Source: Candidatus Tidjanibacter gallistercoris | Lineage (GTDB): Bacteria > Bacteroidota > Bacteroidia > Bacteroidales > Rikenellaceae | NCBI GenBank assembly: GCA_019114205.1 | Contig: DXFY01000075.1 | Location: 15,297 to 79,296 of the forward strand | Length of the DNA: 64,000 nucleotides | Direction: 5' to 3' | Part shown: positions 1 through 9,169 of the stretch, piece after piece | How positions within the stretch are numbered: the stretch's first letter is position 1 | How the letters are laid out: each line of letters opens with the position of its first letter | Notes under the pieces: generated by a model | What the model was told of the DNA's origin: nothing | The model's input: the letters and a program-made list of their open reading frames with translations, nothing else | The model's database searches: none | Position numbers and translations under genes: made by a program

Positions 1-409
1 CGGCCGCAGCGGAGTCGAGGGCGATTATCGCCCCCGTCATCCAGATGTACGAAGGGTGTTCCGCGTACCCCATTCCCTTTGCTATCGCCCCGTTGAAAAG
101 CAGCACCAGCCCGAAGAAAAGCACGGAAGCGAGCGACACCATGCCCCACGCGCTTGCGAACACCCTGCGTTTCTCCTCTCCGGAAGCAGCCTTTCCGGCG
201 AAGCGGAAGTAGCCCGATTCGAGCCCCATGGTCAGGATGACGAGCGCCAGCGGGATGATGGCGTAGAACTGGCCGACCACACCGTACTGAGCCTGTCCCA
301 TCACGCGGGTGAGATAGGGGACGAGCAGGTAATTCAGCAGCCTGACCAGTACGGTACTGATTCCGTAAACCATGGTCTGACCTGCGAGTTTGCGCATTTG
401 GCTCGACAT
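1..409 (-). CDS. Polysaccharide biosynthesis / oligosaccharide flippase family protein (Wzx/MOP superfamily), N-terminal part only; truncated by window edge
   Basis: Hand translation of the minus strand from ATG at 409: MSSQMRKLAGQTMVYGISTVLVRLLNYLLVPYLTRVMGQAQYGVVGQFYAIIPLALVILTMGLESGYFRF. This is the typical Bacteroidetes flippase N-terminus. Not in the ORF track. Confidence 0.8.
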   Translation of the reverse strand, partial: MSSQMRKLAGQTMVYGISTVLVRLLNYLLVPYLTRVMGQAQYGVVGQFYAIIPLALVILTMGLESGYFRFAGKAASGEEKRRVFASAWGMVSLASVLFFGLVLLFNGAIAKGMGYAEHPSYIWMTGAIIALDSAAA

Positions 410-436
410 CGCGGAACGTGTTTTTGAAACGATTGT

Positions 437-444
437 CAAAGGTA
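437..444 (-). promoter_or_regulatory. Bacteroidetes sigma-A -7 element (TACCTTTG) for the flippase gene
   Basis: caaaggta on plus = TACCTTTG on minus, about 28 nt upstream of the ATG; matches TAnnTTTG. Confidence 0.55.
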
Positions 445-743
445 CGAAAAAAGAACTTCTCCGCGCACGGTCCCCGCTCCGGGAAGATGCGGCAGGCACT
501 TCCGCCCCTGTTCCGCGGCACCGTTCGCCACACCGTGGTGCGCCTGCCGAACGCCTGCGCTACCTTATTATATTTACCGGTTCGCAACCGGGGAAGCCGG
601 ACACCCCTTTTCGGTCCGCAAAACATCCGCTGCGCCGTCGTCGGCCGTATCCTTTATTGGCAATTATATACGTGCTTGACCTTCATCCATGTCGGCCGTC
701 CGCGCTGTCCGCGGGGAGGCGGCCGGCACGACTGCTGCCTGCA

Positions 744-1832
744 TCACGCCCTTTGTCCCGCCTCTTCCAGTTCCTTTGTGGAAAGCAGGCCGCATGCGGC
801 CTGTACGTCTTCGCCGCGCGAAGCACGTATGGTAGTGACGATACCCTTGCGCGAAAGCGCATCGCGGAACGCTTCCATTTCGCGGTCGCCGGGGCTGAAA
901 TAGGGCGAGCCGGGTATCTTGTGGAACCGTATCAGGTTGATACGGCACTTCAGTCCGTCGAGCAGCCGGGCGAGTTCCTTCACATGGGCCGGCGAATCGT
1001 TCATGCCCGCAAGCACGATATACTCGAAACTGACACGCCTCTGGCCGGTGAAATCGTAACGGCGCAGCAACTCCACCGCATCGCGTACCGGAAAGGCCCG
1101 CTCTACGGGCATGATTTCCGCACGCTGACCGGGAAAAGGGTTGTGCAGGCTGACGGCCACGTGCACCCGGCTTTCGTCGAGCAGGCGGCGCAGCCCCGGA
1201 ACGATGCCGGACGTGGAGACCGTAATCCGCGTCGGACTCCAGCCGTATCCCCATTCGGAGGTGAGGATTTCGAGCGACCGCAGCACCTCATCGGTATTGT
1301 CCAGCGGCTCGCCCATCCCCATATATACCATATTGGTCAGCCGGTCGCGTTCGGGCAGCGATGCCATCTGGTTCAGGATTTCTCCCGCCGACAGCTGACC
1401 GCGGAGCCCCTGCCGCCCCGTCATGCAGAAGCGGCATCCCATGCGGCACCCGGCCTGCGAAGAGACACACAGCGTAGCCCGGTCGCCGTCGGGAATATAG
1501 GCCGATTCGACGTAATGGCCGCCGGCGGTACGATACAGGTATTTTTTCGTTCCGTCGCACGACACTGCCGCGGAAACGGGAACTTCGAGCCCGATACGGT
1601 ACGCGGCTGCGAGCCGTTCGCGGGCCGCCTTCGACAAGTCGGTCATCGCGGCGATGTCGGTACAGCCGCGGCGGTAAAGCCACGCGGCCATTTGCCCGGC
1701 GGCATAACGCGGCAGCCCGGTCTGCGCAGCCACCTCGCGAAGCTGTTCCAGCGTCCTACCGTACAGCACGGGACGCCGGTCGCCCGCCCCGCCGTGCGCT
1801 CTTTCCGAACACATATATCCCATCTTTTCCAT
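744..1832 (-). CDS. rlmN: 23S rRNA (adenine2503-C2)-methyltransferase RlmN (radical SAM)
   Basis: SSQAGCRMGCRFC (CxxxCxxC), MGMGEP and C-terminal AACGLL. Start placed at MEKMG (1832) because the track start at 1988 lies inside the tRNA-Ala. Confidence 0.93.
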   Translation of the reverse strand: MEKMGYMCSERAHGGAGDRRPVLYGRTLEQLREVAAQTGLPRYAAGQMAAWLYRRGCTDIAAMTDLSKAARERLAAAYRIGLEVPVSAAVSCDGTKKYLYRTAGGHYVESAYIPDGDRATLCVSSQAGCRMGCRFCMTGRQGLRGQLSAGEILNQMASLPERDRLTNMVYMGMGEPLDNTDEVLRSLEILTSEWGYGWSPTRITVSTSGIVPGLRRLLDESRVHVAVSLHNPFPGQRAEIMPVERAFPVRDAVELLRRYDFTGQRRVSFEYIVLAGMNDSPAHVKELARLLDGLKCRINLIRFHKIPGSPYFSPGDREMEAFRDALSRKGIVTTIRASRGEDVQAACGLLSTKELEEAGQRA

Positions 1833-1942
1833 TGGCGAACGGTATAAAAAATCCGGCCGTCTCGAAATTTCCGGACGGCCGTTTGTGGAATTCGTCCCGC
1901 CCGTGCATCTTACAAACAGAAGCGGGCGGCTGCACTGTTCTG

Positions 1943-2016
1943 TGGAGAATACCGGAATCGAACCGGTGACCTTTTGAATGCCATTCAAACGCTCTAGCCA
2001 ACTGAGCTAATTCCCC
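1943..2016 (-). tRNA. tRNA-Ala(GGC)
   Basis: Reverse complement GGGGAATTAGCTCAGTTGGCTAGAGCGTTTGAATGGCATTCAAAAGGTCACCGGTTCGATTCCGGTATTCTCCA folds as a cloverleaf; anticodon stem TTTGA/TCAAA, loop ATGGCAT, T-loop GTTCGAT. Confidence 0.95.
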
Positions 2017-2033
2017 TTGCGTGTTCCGCACCG

Positions 2034-2041
2034 CAAAGATA
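2034..2041 (-). promoter_or_regulatory. -7 promoter element (TATCTTTG) for tRNA-Ala/rlmN
   Basis: caaagata on plus, 18 nt upstream of the tRNA 5' end. Confidence 0.65.
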
Positions 2042-2137
2042 ACGCTTTTTACGATAAAACAAAGGAAAAGGGCCTTCGGAAAACGCGGGGCGTTCTCAAA
2101 AAAACCGGTCGTCCTGTAATTTTCCGATTTTTGTTCT

Positions 2138-2145
2138 TATATTTG
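2138..2145 (+). promoter_or_regulatory. -7 promoter element (TATATTTG) for tonB
   Basis: Exact TAnnTTTG about 60 nt upstream of the tonB ATG. Confidence 0.6.
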
Positions 2146-2203
2146 TGAACCGTAAAGGACTGTTCAATCCGCAATAACAATAAAAAACGCACATAAGTAC
2201 ATC

Positions 2204-2887
2204 ATGGAAGTCAAAAAGAGCAAAAAGGCCGACCTCGACAACAGGAGGGGCTTGTTCATGGAGATAGGGCTCATCGTCGCCCTTGCTGTCGTCATCATCA
2301 TGTTCAGCATCAGCCAGAAGGAAAAAGTGGTTGAAGTGATGGCCCCGGTCGCGACTGTCGATGAAATAGAGATGATTGACGTGACCACCGAGCAGGAACC
2401 CGAAACGGCTCCCGTACAGCACCAGACCGTAGCGGTCATCACCGACGTACTGAACGTGGTGCGGAACGACACGAAGATAGAAACGAGCATCGGCTGGGTG
2501 GACTTCGCCGACGAGGACATCGAAATCGCGCCGATAGCAGTGGAAACGGAGGAAATCGAAGAAGAAACCATCTTCATCGTGGCCGACCAGAAGCCCACCT
2601 TCCAGGGAGGCGACCTCAACGTGTTCCGCAACTGGGTACAGTCGCGCCTCCACTACCCGCCGCTCGCACAGGAAAACAACATACAGGGTACCGTGACCAT
2701 CAAATTCGTCGTCGAGAAAGACGGCAGGCTGACCAACATACAGGTGTTGAAAAGCCCGGACAAAACGCTTTCGGACGAAGCGATAAGCGTACTGTCCGAA
2801 TCCCCGAAATGGGAACCCGCCCGTCAGCGCGACCAGCCGGTACGTTTCTCCTATACCATGCCGATTGTATTCAAACTCCAGAACTAA
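2204..2887 (+). CDS. tonB: Energy transducer TonB
   Basis: MEVKKSKKADL start, single TM helix, acidic linker, TonB_C domain (YPPLAQENNIQGTVTIKFVVEKDG, WEPARQ). Confidence 0.9.
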   Translation: MEVKKSKKADLDNRRGLFMEIGLIVALAVVIIMFSISQKEKVVEVMAPVATVDEIEMIDVTTEQEPETAPVQHQTVAVITDVLNVVRNDTKIETSIGWVDFADEDIEIAPIAVETEEIEEETIFIVADQKPTFQGGDLNVFRNWVQSRLHYPPLAQENNIQGTVTIKFVVEKDGRLTNIQVLKSPDKTLSDEAISVLSESPKWEPARQRDQPVRFSYTMPIVFKLQN

Positions 2888-2913
2888 ACGAATCGGCGCA
2901 CCCGAAAAAAGAC

Positions 2914-2952
2914 AGAGAGGGACACGAAGCGGTGCCCCTCTCTTATTTTTTG
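2914..2952 (+). terminator. Intrinsic terminator after tonB
   Basis: Stem agagagggacac/gtgcccctctct followed by tatttttt. Confidence 0.7.
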
Positions 2953-3421
2953 TCCGCATATCCGTTTTTTATCCGCACGTCCTGCCCGCCGGCATGCCTC
3001 CTGCCTCATACATTGGCGGCTCCCGTACAAACGCAACAACATCCGGTCAAACAGGTTTGCCTCCAGACACATGCCCCTGTTCATGAGCCAAGACACGGAT
3101 ACGTTTCTGCCACAGACAATGGATAACATCCCATTGTTCCGTGCGTCCGGAACACCACCACACCGGCAACGCGGCATACGTCGTTCGGCAAGCAACTTTC
3201 CGCTTTCAAGTGCAGCTCTGCCGACCGAGGCTACGTTCCTCTATCATACCGCACAACCAACGGAGGTTGCTCCGCCGCAGGCAAGAAACGACCCGGAATG
3301 CCTGCCGACCGACATTTCCCTTCCTGCAAGCTCTCCTGCGGCCGCACCGGGGAAGACAAAACCCGTCATTCCTCGACGCACGTACGAACTGCAAACCGCC
3401 CCGCATCAATCGGCCGCGTAC

Positions 3422-3973
3422 CTACGCTTCCTCCGCATAGACCGCACCACGCAGCGCATCGTCCGAATAGACATGCAGGCTGTGCCCCGTCGCACTCAGA
3501 CACGTAATCCGGTGTATATGATTTTCAAAACTACCATCCTGTCCGACGGCATAAAAGCCGACCGGAGCATCCACGACGACCGATTCCCGCAGACGTGCCC
3601 GGCCCGGCCCCACAGCATCGAACTGTTCGACACGAAACTTGCCGTCGGCGAAGAAATATCCGGCGAACCGGGGATGGGCATGCACGCTCGTCCGGCTGCC
3701 TTCCTGCCAGCTCATCACCAGAGCTTCCCATCCCGTTTGCGGACATCGGCCCAGATAGGTACGCCGATAACCGCCTGCAACATAATCATCGAATCCGTTC
3801 AGCGGGTTTTCCGCCAGCCAGTCGAGTACATAGGCACGGATGCAAGCACCCAGCGCCCCGTCCGTTTCCCGCCCGGAAACGAGTTCGAGCAATCCTGCAA
3901 AGAATTTCCCGCCACCGTCACTCCTGCCCGACGGTTCTGCCAATACCCCGGCAAGGGTTTTCGTTTCTGTCAT
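3422..3973 (-). CDS. Cysteine dioxygenase type I-like cupin (thiol dioxygenase family)
   Basis: YRRT, W..G..TSVHAH, NHIHRI and SLHVYS reproduce the CDO 3-His facial triad and the Ser-His-Tyr motif; start placed at MTETK (3973). Confidence 0.75.
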   Translation of the reverse strand: MTETKTLAGVLAEPSGRSDGGGKFFAGLLELVSGRETDGALGACIRAYVLDWLAENPLNGFDDYVAGGYRRTYLGRCPQTGWEALVMSWQEGSRTSVHAHPRFAGYFFADGKFRVEQFDAVGPGRARLRESVVVDAPVGFYAVGQDGSFENHIHRITCLSATGHSLHVYSDDALRGAVYAEEA

Positions 3974-4735
3974 AACATCGATAAACCGTATCGGGAACAA
4001 AAATAGCCGACAGCCACAACGCGCGCAACAGCATAAATACGTATCCTCGCTTCGCATTCCGTCCCCGTCCGGAAACCGTATTCCGGCACCCGCAGCCGCC
4101 GAACCGTACCGCCGAGACCGGAACGGCCGGCGTACATCGCCGGGACAACGCAGTTATGCGGCGTCCCGTTCCGAAAAACGGGGTTCGCAGCGGACGGGGC
4201 GGCCGCGGCTCATTCCGGCTTCGTCCGAATGCCGTCCACGCTTACGGGCGCTCTTCCCGAACAGAAAGCGGAACATTCCGGAGCCATACATTGCAGCAAA
4301 CCTGAATGCTGTCCGAGCAGGAACCGCCACCGCTCGGCGGCTGTTCCGAAGAGCTGAGAAACGAACTTTTTCCTTCGTGACACGAACCGTCCCCCGCAAG
4401 GAAACACTCCTCTGCGCCGGTGTCCGTTCCTACCATGATTCGCCGAACGGATGCCTCTGCCGGCCGCAGACCGTCGCGATACCGTTTGACCGGACGGAAC
4501 ACCGGTTTCCGTCCGGAGGTTGCCACCGGTAGGAGACGACCGACACGCAGGCACGCGCCGCAGTCGATTCCCCCGTGAACATCCGCAACAGTCCGCACCG
4601 CCGACAACTCCGCGGTTCCGAACCGTGCTGCAAGCCCAGAGGCCTTATCCGCCATACCGAACCGAAGCACCACGACTGTACATCGACCACAATACCGCAT
4701 GCCCGGAACCGCCCACCGCCACACGCACAGCCCCG

Positions 4736-4820
4736 AAACGGGCAGTTCCGAAACGGACTGCTCCCGAAACGGACTGCGCACAAAACAGACTGCGCACAAA
4801 ACAGACTGCGCACAAAACGG
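4736..4820 (+). repeat. 16-bp tandem repeat (AAACRGACTGCGCACA), about 5 degenerate copies
   Basis: Units: aaacgggcagttccg, aaacggactgctcccg, aaacggactgcgcaca, aaacagactgcgcaca x2, then a partial aaacgg. Confidence 0.85.
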
Positions 4821-4850
4821 CAGGCGGCGGAGAAGTACCCCGCCGCCTGC
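4820..4850 (-). terminator. Hairpin downstream of prs (probable terminator)
   Basis: gcaggcggcgg-N9-ccgccgcctgc perfect 11-bp stem, followed on minus by cgttttgt. Confidence 0.55.
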
Positions 4851-4873
4851 AACTTCCTCGGAATCCCCTTCCG

Positions 4874-5830
4874 CTATTTCGCATCTTTTACGAACACGAA
4901 CTGCGAACTGATTTCCTTATAGTTATGTACGCGTTCTATCACGTCCGCAAACACGTCGGCCGTACTGAGAACGGTGATTTTGGATGTATCCCTGTCCGTA
5001 CGCAACGGTATGGTATCGGTCACAATCACCTCGGACAACTGACTGTCCCTCAGGTTTTCGTACGCCTTGCCCGACAGCACCGGATGGGTGGTCACGGCAC
5101 GGACGCTGCGAGCCCCCATCTCCATGAACATGTTGGCCGCCTTGGTAATCGTACCGCCCGTATCAATCATGTCGTCCAGCAGAATGATGTTGCGGTCCTT
5201 CACTTCGCCGATGGCTATCATTTTCGCGACCTCGTTGGGTTTGTTGCGGTGCTTGTGGCAGATGACTAGAGGCGCGTTGAAATACGACGCATAACTGTTG
5301 GCCCTCTTGGCGCCGCCGATATCCGGAGTGGCTACGGAAAGGTTCTCCAGACCGAGTGACTCGATGTAGGGTACGAAAATGCGGCTCGCGTAGATGTGGT
5401 CGAGCGGCACGTCGAAGAATCCCTGTATCTGGTCGGCGTGCAGGTCCATGGTGATGATGCGGTCCACACCCGCCGAAACGAGCAGGTTGGCAACCAACTT
5501 GGCTCCTATCGACACGCGCGGACGGTCTTTGCGGTCCTGACGCGCCCATCCGAAATAAGGAATAACGGCGATTACCTTGTACGCCGAAGCCCTCTTGGCC
5601 GCATCAATCATCAGCAGGAGCTCCATCAGGTTCTCCGCGGGGGGAGGCGTGGACTGCACGATGAATACGGTGCATCCGCGGATGCTCTCTTCGAACGCGG
5701 GCTGGAACTCGCCGTCGCTGAACCTGCTGACGGACAGGTCGCCCAGTTCGCATCCGTAACTTTCGGCAATCTTCGCGGCAAGTTCGTGGGAACCGCTGCC
5801 GGCGAAGATTTTCAGTTTATGAATAGCCAT
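4874..5830 (-). CDS. prs: Ribose-phosphate pyrophosphokinase
   Basis: FSDGEF, YFGWARQDRK, DLHADQIQGFF, PDIGG and DDMIDTGGT motifs. Confidence 0.96.
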   Translation of the reverse strand: MAIHKLKIFAGSGSHELAAKIAESYGCELGDLSVSRFSDGEFQPAFEESIRGCTVFIVQSTPPPAENLMELLLMIDAAKRASAYKVIAVIPYFGWARQDRKDRPRVSIGAKLVANLLVSAGVDRIITMDLHADQIQGFFDVPLDHIYASRIFVPYIESLGLENLSVATPDIGGAKRANSYASYFNAPLVICHKHRNKPNEVAKMIAIGEVKDRNIILLDDMIDTGGTITKAANMFMEMGARSVRAVTTHPVLSGKAYENLRDSQLSEVIVTDTIPLRTDRDTSKITVLSTADVFADVIERVHNYKEISSQFVFVKDAK

Positions 5831-5878
5831 CAATGTAAGTTGTTAATGGGATTTTGTTTTGTGTGCGTTACCTTACCG

Positions 5879-5886
5879 CAAAGGTA
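5879..5886 (-). promoter_or_regulatory. -7 promoter element (TACCTTTG) for prs
   Basis: caaaggta on plus, about 50 nt upstream of the start. Confidence 0.6.
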
Positions 5887-5938
5887 AGGATAATCCGGAA
5901 CGATAGCACATTTCCGTGCCGTTTTTGTAAAGAAACTT

Positions 5939-6544
5939 TTACGACCGGACGGCCCCTTCGAGACACTCCCCGATGAAGTCGAGAACGGCATCGCGGCCGG
6001 CCCGTTTCACCGACGAAGTCCGGAATACGGGAGGCAGTTCCTCCCATTCCTCCAACAGCTTCTTTTCGTAGAGCGCGATATTGGCATCGGCCTGCCCGGC
6101 CGACAGCTTGTCGCATTTGGTGAACACGATGCCGAAAGGCACCCCCTCCCTGCCCAGCATCCGCATGAAATCGAGGTCTATCCGCATGGGCGCGTGCCGC
6201 GAATCGACCAGCACGAAAAGGAACCACAGCTTTTTCGCTTTCGTAACATAATCCGTTATCAGTTTCCCGAACTCCCGGCGGTCGGACTTGGAAGCCTTCG
6301 CATATCCGTAGCCCGGCAAATCGACGAGGTACCACCGGCCGTTAATCAGGAAATGATTTATCAGTTTCGTCTTGCCCGGCGTGGCCGATACCTTGGCCAG
6401 CGAACCGTTCTCCGTGAGCATGTTGATAAGCGACGACTTGCCCACATTGCTGCGCCCGATGAAGGCGAACTCCGGCAGCCCGTCGTCGGGTATCTGCGAC
6501 AGCTTGCCGCTGCTGCATGCGAATGCGGCCGATGCGATTTTCAT
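5939..6544 (-). CDS. engB: Ribosome biogenesis GTP-binding protein YsxC/EngB
   Basis: GRSNVGKSS, TPGKT, DLPGYG and TKCDK GTPase motifs. Confidence 0.95.
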   Translation of the reverse strand: MKIASAAFACSSGKLSQIPDDGLPEFAFIGRSNVGKSSLINMLTENGSLAKVSATPGKTKLINHFLINGRWYLVDLPGYGYAKASKSDRREFGKLITDYVTKAKKLWFLFVLVDSRHAPMRIDLDFMRMLGREGVPFGIVFTKCDKLSAGQADANIALYEKKLLEEWEELPPVFRTSSVKRAGRDAVLDFIGECLEGAVRS

Positions 6545-6816
6545 GATTCCGCGATGTTTTCCGCAAAGTTAGCCTTTTCGCCCGAAACCGGAAAATCCCA
6601 AATTCATGCCACCGCTGCTCCCGGCAGCAGTCCGGGAGGGCCCACGGATTGGAACCCCGGCCGCAGGCACCGCACCGAAGCAATACCTCCTCCGGCTGTA
6701 CGGACGAACATCGTTTTTCCGCCACTCCGTAAGATGCAGCCATCCGGCCCTTCCATATTTAAAATATTTTAAAAATAGACAAATTCATTAAAAGCGGGCA
6801 ATATTTCGCCCGCTAT

Positions 6817-6848
6817 TTTGCTTATTCCGTCACAAGGCCTTATATTTG
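6817..6848 (+). promoter_or_regulatory. Full Bacteroidetes promoter TTTG-N20-TATATTTG for fbp
   Basis: TTTG at 6817-6820 and TATATTTG at 6841-6848, with canonical spacing. Confidence 0.75.
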
Positions 6849-6892
6849 TGTAAAAATTAACAATCTTAAAGCGTCTAACCATACGATTCGAG

Positions 6893-7906
6893 ATGAATAA
6901 ATCAGTAACACTCAATGAGTTCATCATACACCAGCAGGCCGACTACCCGGAAGCAACCGGTAACTTTTCCTGTCTGCTGCACCATATCGGCATCGCCGCG
7001 AAGAAAGTAAACCGCGAAATCAACAAGGCCGGCCTGGTCGATATTCTCGGCCGGTCGGGGTGCGAAAACGTGCAGGGCGAAGAGCAGCAGAAACTCGACG
7101 TCTACGCCAACGAAGCATTCATGGAAGAGTTGCAGGCCAGCGGCGAATGCTGCGGCATCGCATCGGAAGAGAACGAAGATGTAACGACATTCCACGAAGG
7201 ATTGTGCCGCAATGCCAAATACATCGTCTGCATGGACCCGCTGGACGGCTCGTCGAACATCGACGTGAACGTGTCGGTCGGAACCATCTTCTCCATCTAC
7301 AAGCGCAAATCGCCCCTCGGCGAGGCTGCCGTGCTGGACGACTTCCTCCAGAAAGGGTCGGACATGGTGGCGGCCGGCTACATCATCTACGGTTCGTCCA
7401 CCATGCTGGTCTATACCGTCGGCCGGGGTGTGAACGGCTTCACGCTCGACCCGTCGCTCGGAGAGTTCTGCCTCTCCCACCCGGACATCCGCACGCCCGA
7501 AAACGGGAAAATCTATTCCATCAACGAAGGCAATTACGAGAAATTCCCCGTAGGAATCAAAAAATACATCAAATACTGTCAGGAAAAGGACGTCAAGACC
7601 AGCAGACCTTACACGTCCCGCTACATCGGCTCGCTCGTCGCCGACTTCCACCGCAACATGCTCAAGGGCGGCGTCTTCATGTATCCCTCGACCGACAGCC
7701 ACCCGAAGGGCAAACTGCGGTTGCTGTACGAGTGCAACCCCATTGCATTCATCGCGGAACAGGCCGGCGGCCTCGCCTGCAGCGAGGAAGGCCGCATCCT
7801 CGACCTGCAACCCGAAACGATACACCAGCGGGTGACTTTCTATGCAGGTGCCCACAACATGGTACTGAAAGTAAAGGAGTTCTTAAATTTTTTCAATAAT
7901 ATCTGA
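6893..7906 (+). CDS. fbp: Class 1 fructose-1,6-bisphosphatase
   Basis: [46 protein letters not shown] and KLRLLYE motifs. Confidence 0.95.
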   Translation: MNKSVTLNEFIIHQQADYPEATGNFSCLLHHIGIAAKKVNREINKAGLVDILGRSGCENVQGEEQQKLDVYANEAFMEELQASGECCGIASEENEDVTTFHEGLCRNAKYIVCMDPLDGSSNIDVNVSVGTIFSIYKRKSPLGEAAVLDDFLQKGSDMVAAGYIIYGSSTMLVYTVGRGVNGFTLDPSLGEFCLSHPDIRTPENGKIYSINEGNYEKFPVGIKKYIKYCQEKDVKTSRPYTSRYIGSLVADFHRNMLKGGVFMYPSTDSHPKGKLRLLYECNPIAFIAEQAGGLACSEEGRILDLQPETIHQRVTFYAGAHNMVLKVKEFLNFFNNI

Positions 7907-8000
7907 CGCTCCCGAAAAACCGTACTGCACGGCGGTGTTGCTCCGGTACGGAAATTGCTGCATCCGGTATCGTTACGAAACATTCCGAACAGTTCCGACC

Positions 8001-8327
8001 ATGGAAGCACACGAAAAGATACGGGCCGGTTTCGATGAAGCGACGGGCGGCGAAACGCCCGTGCTGGTGGATTTCTTCGCCACGTGGTGCGGCCCGTGCA
8101 AGATGATGGCGCCGGTACTCGAAGAACTGAAACGGCGCTACGGAGAACGGCTCCGCATCATCAAACTCGACATCGAAAACCGCAGCAACATCCAGGCAGT
8201 ACAACGGTACGGCGTCCGTTCCGTTCCGACGCTGATGCTCTTCCGCCGCGGGGAACTCCTGTGGCGCGAAAGCGGTGCCCGCAGCACGGACGACATGGTG
8301 CGCATCCTCGAACGCTACATCGGCTAA
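8001..8327 (+). CDS. trxA: Thioredoxin
   Basis: DFFATWCGPCKMM and VRSVPTL; start placed at MEAHEK (8001). Confidence 0.9.
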   Translation: MEAHEKIRAGFDEATGGETPVLVDFFATWCGPCKMMAPVLEELKRRYGERLRIIKLDIENRSNIQAVQRYGVRSVPTLMLFRRGELLWRESGARSTDDMVRILERYIG

Positions 8328-8447
8328 CGGCTGCACGCATGCATGGCCCGATACGCAAAAGACGATACCTTCCGGGTATCGCCTTGAATCATAAGTATCA
8401 TCCCTACGACGCTTGCTCCCGCGCCCTGCATACGAAATACGAAACCG

Positions 8448-8656
8448 CTCCCACACTCCAAAAAACGCACCGCAGGGGCTTCGGCATCCAGACCGCCGGG
8501 CAGACGACCGCACCTAACGCCCCGGACTGCTTACTCGCCCGAAACCGGTTCGGGCAATAGGTGCGCCGCAGCTCCGCGCACCAGAGCACTCCCATGCTCC
8601 GAGAAACGCACCGCAAGGGCTTCGGCATCCAAGCCGCCAGGCAGACGACCCGCACC
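8448..8656 (+). repeat. Imperfect direct repeat of about 67 bp: copy 1 at 8448-8514 (intergenic), copy 2 at 8589-8656 (inside the CDS)
   Basis: ctcccacactccaaaaaacgcaccgcaggggcttcggcatccagaccgccgggcagacgaccgcacc versus ctcccatgctccgagaaacgcaccgcaagggcttcggcatccaagccgccaggcagacgacccgcacc. Confidence 0.85.
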
Positions 8657-9094
8657 GTCGCGCATGCGCGCAAGCGCGAGCAGGGCGGAATACTGAAGCA
8701 ACACCGGCGCATCGTCTGCAAGCCACTCCCCGGCCAGCGGAACCGCCAGCGCCGTGCGCGACAACAGAGAGAAAGCGAGGTTTTCAGCAAGTTCCGCGTT
8801 TTTCACGCCTGCCCCCCAAAAGGCCAGTTCCCCGGCCGTCACTGCCTGCGGGTCGGCGATTACGAAAGCCGAAAGCAACAGTTCACGCAACTGCTTTCCG
8901 TAAAGGAAGCGGGCAAATTCGTGGTCGGGAGCGAACACCGCAGCCGCACGGCGTACGGCAGGCAGACTGACGCCCCAGTTGCAAGCGTAATGTATTCCGA
9001 GCTCTTCCATGCGCTCGGTCACGGCCCCGTTTATGTCGCGGCGGAGCATGCGTATCAATGCGGCCATCTTTTCCGCATTACCGTTCGATTCCAT
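8531..9094 (-). CDS. DNA alkylation repair protein (AlkD-like HEAT-repeat family)
   Basis: MRRDINGAV-like start, GIHYACNWGVSLP, LA..L and RE..L segments resemble the Bacteroidales DNA alkylation repair family. Confidence 0.7.
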   Translation of the reverse strand: MESNGNAEKMAALIRMLRRDINGAVTERMEELGIHYACNWGVSLPAVRRAAAVFAPDHEFARFLYGKQLRELLLSAFVIADPQAVTAGELAFWGAGVKNAELAENLAFSLLSRTALAVPLAGEWLADDAPVLLQYSALLALARMRDGAGRLPGGLDAEALAVRFSEHGSALVRGAAAHLLPEPVSGE

Positions 9095-9169
9095 ACGATT
9101 GTCTTTTATCGGAAGAAATACGGTCGCCCGCTCCGCGGCAGGGACTTCGGGCAACCGCTCCCCGCTCCG

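Noticed and set aside
1943-2016. Integrated element at any of the three tRNAs
   Set aside because: No integrase and no duplicated tRNA 3' end found; flanking genes are housekeeping.
4736-4820. Possible CRISPR or iteron array
   Set aside because: 16-bp units are directly abutting with no spacers, and there is no rep gene nearby.
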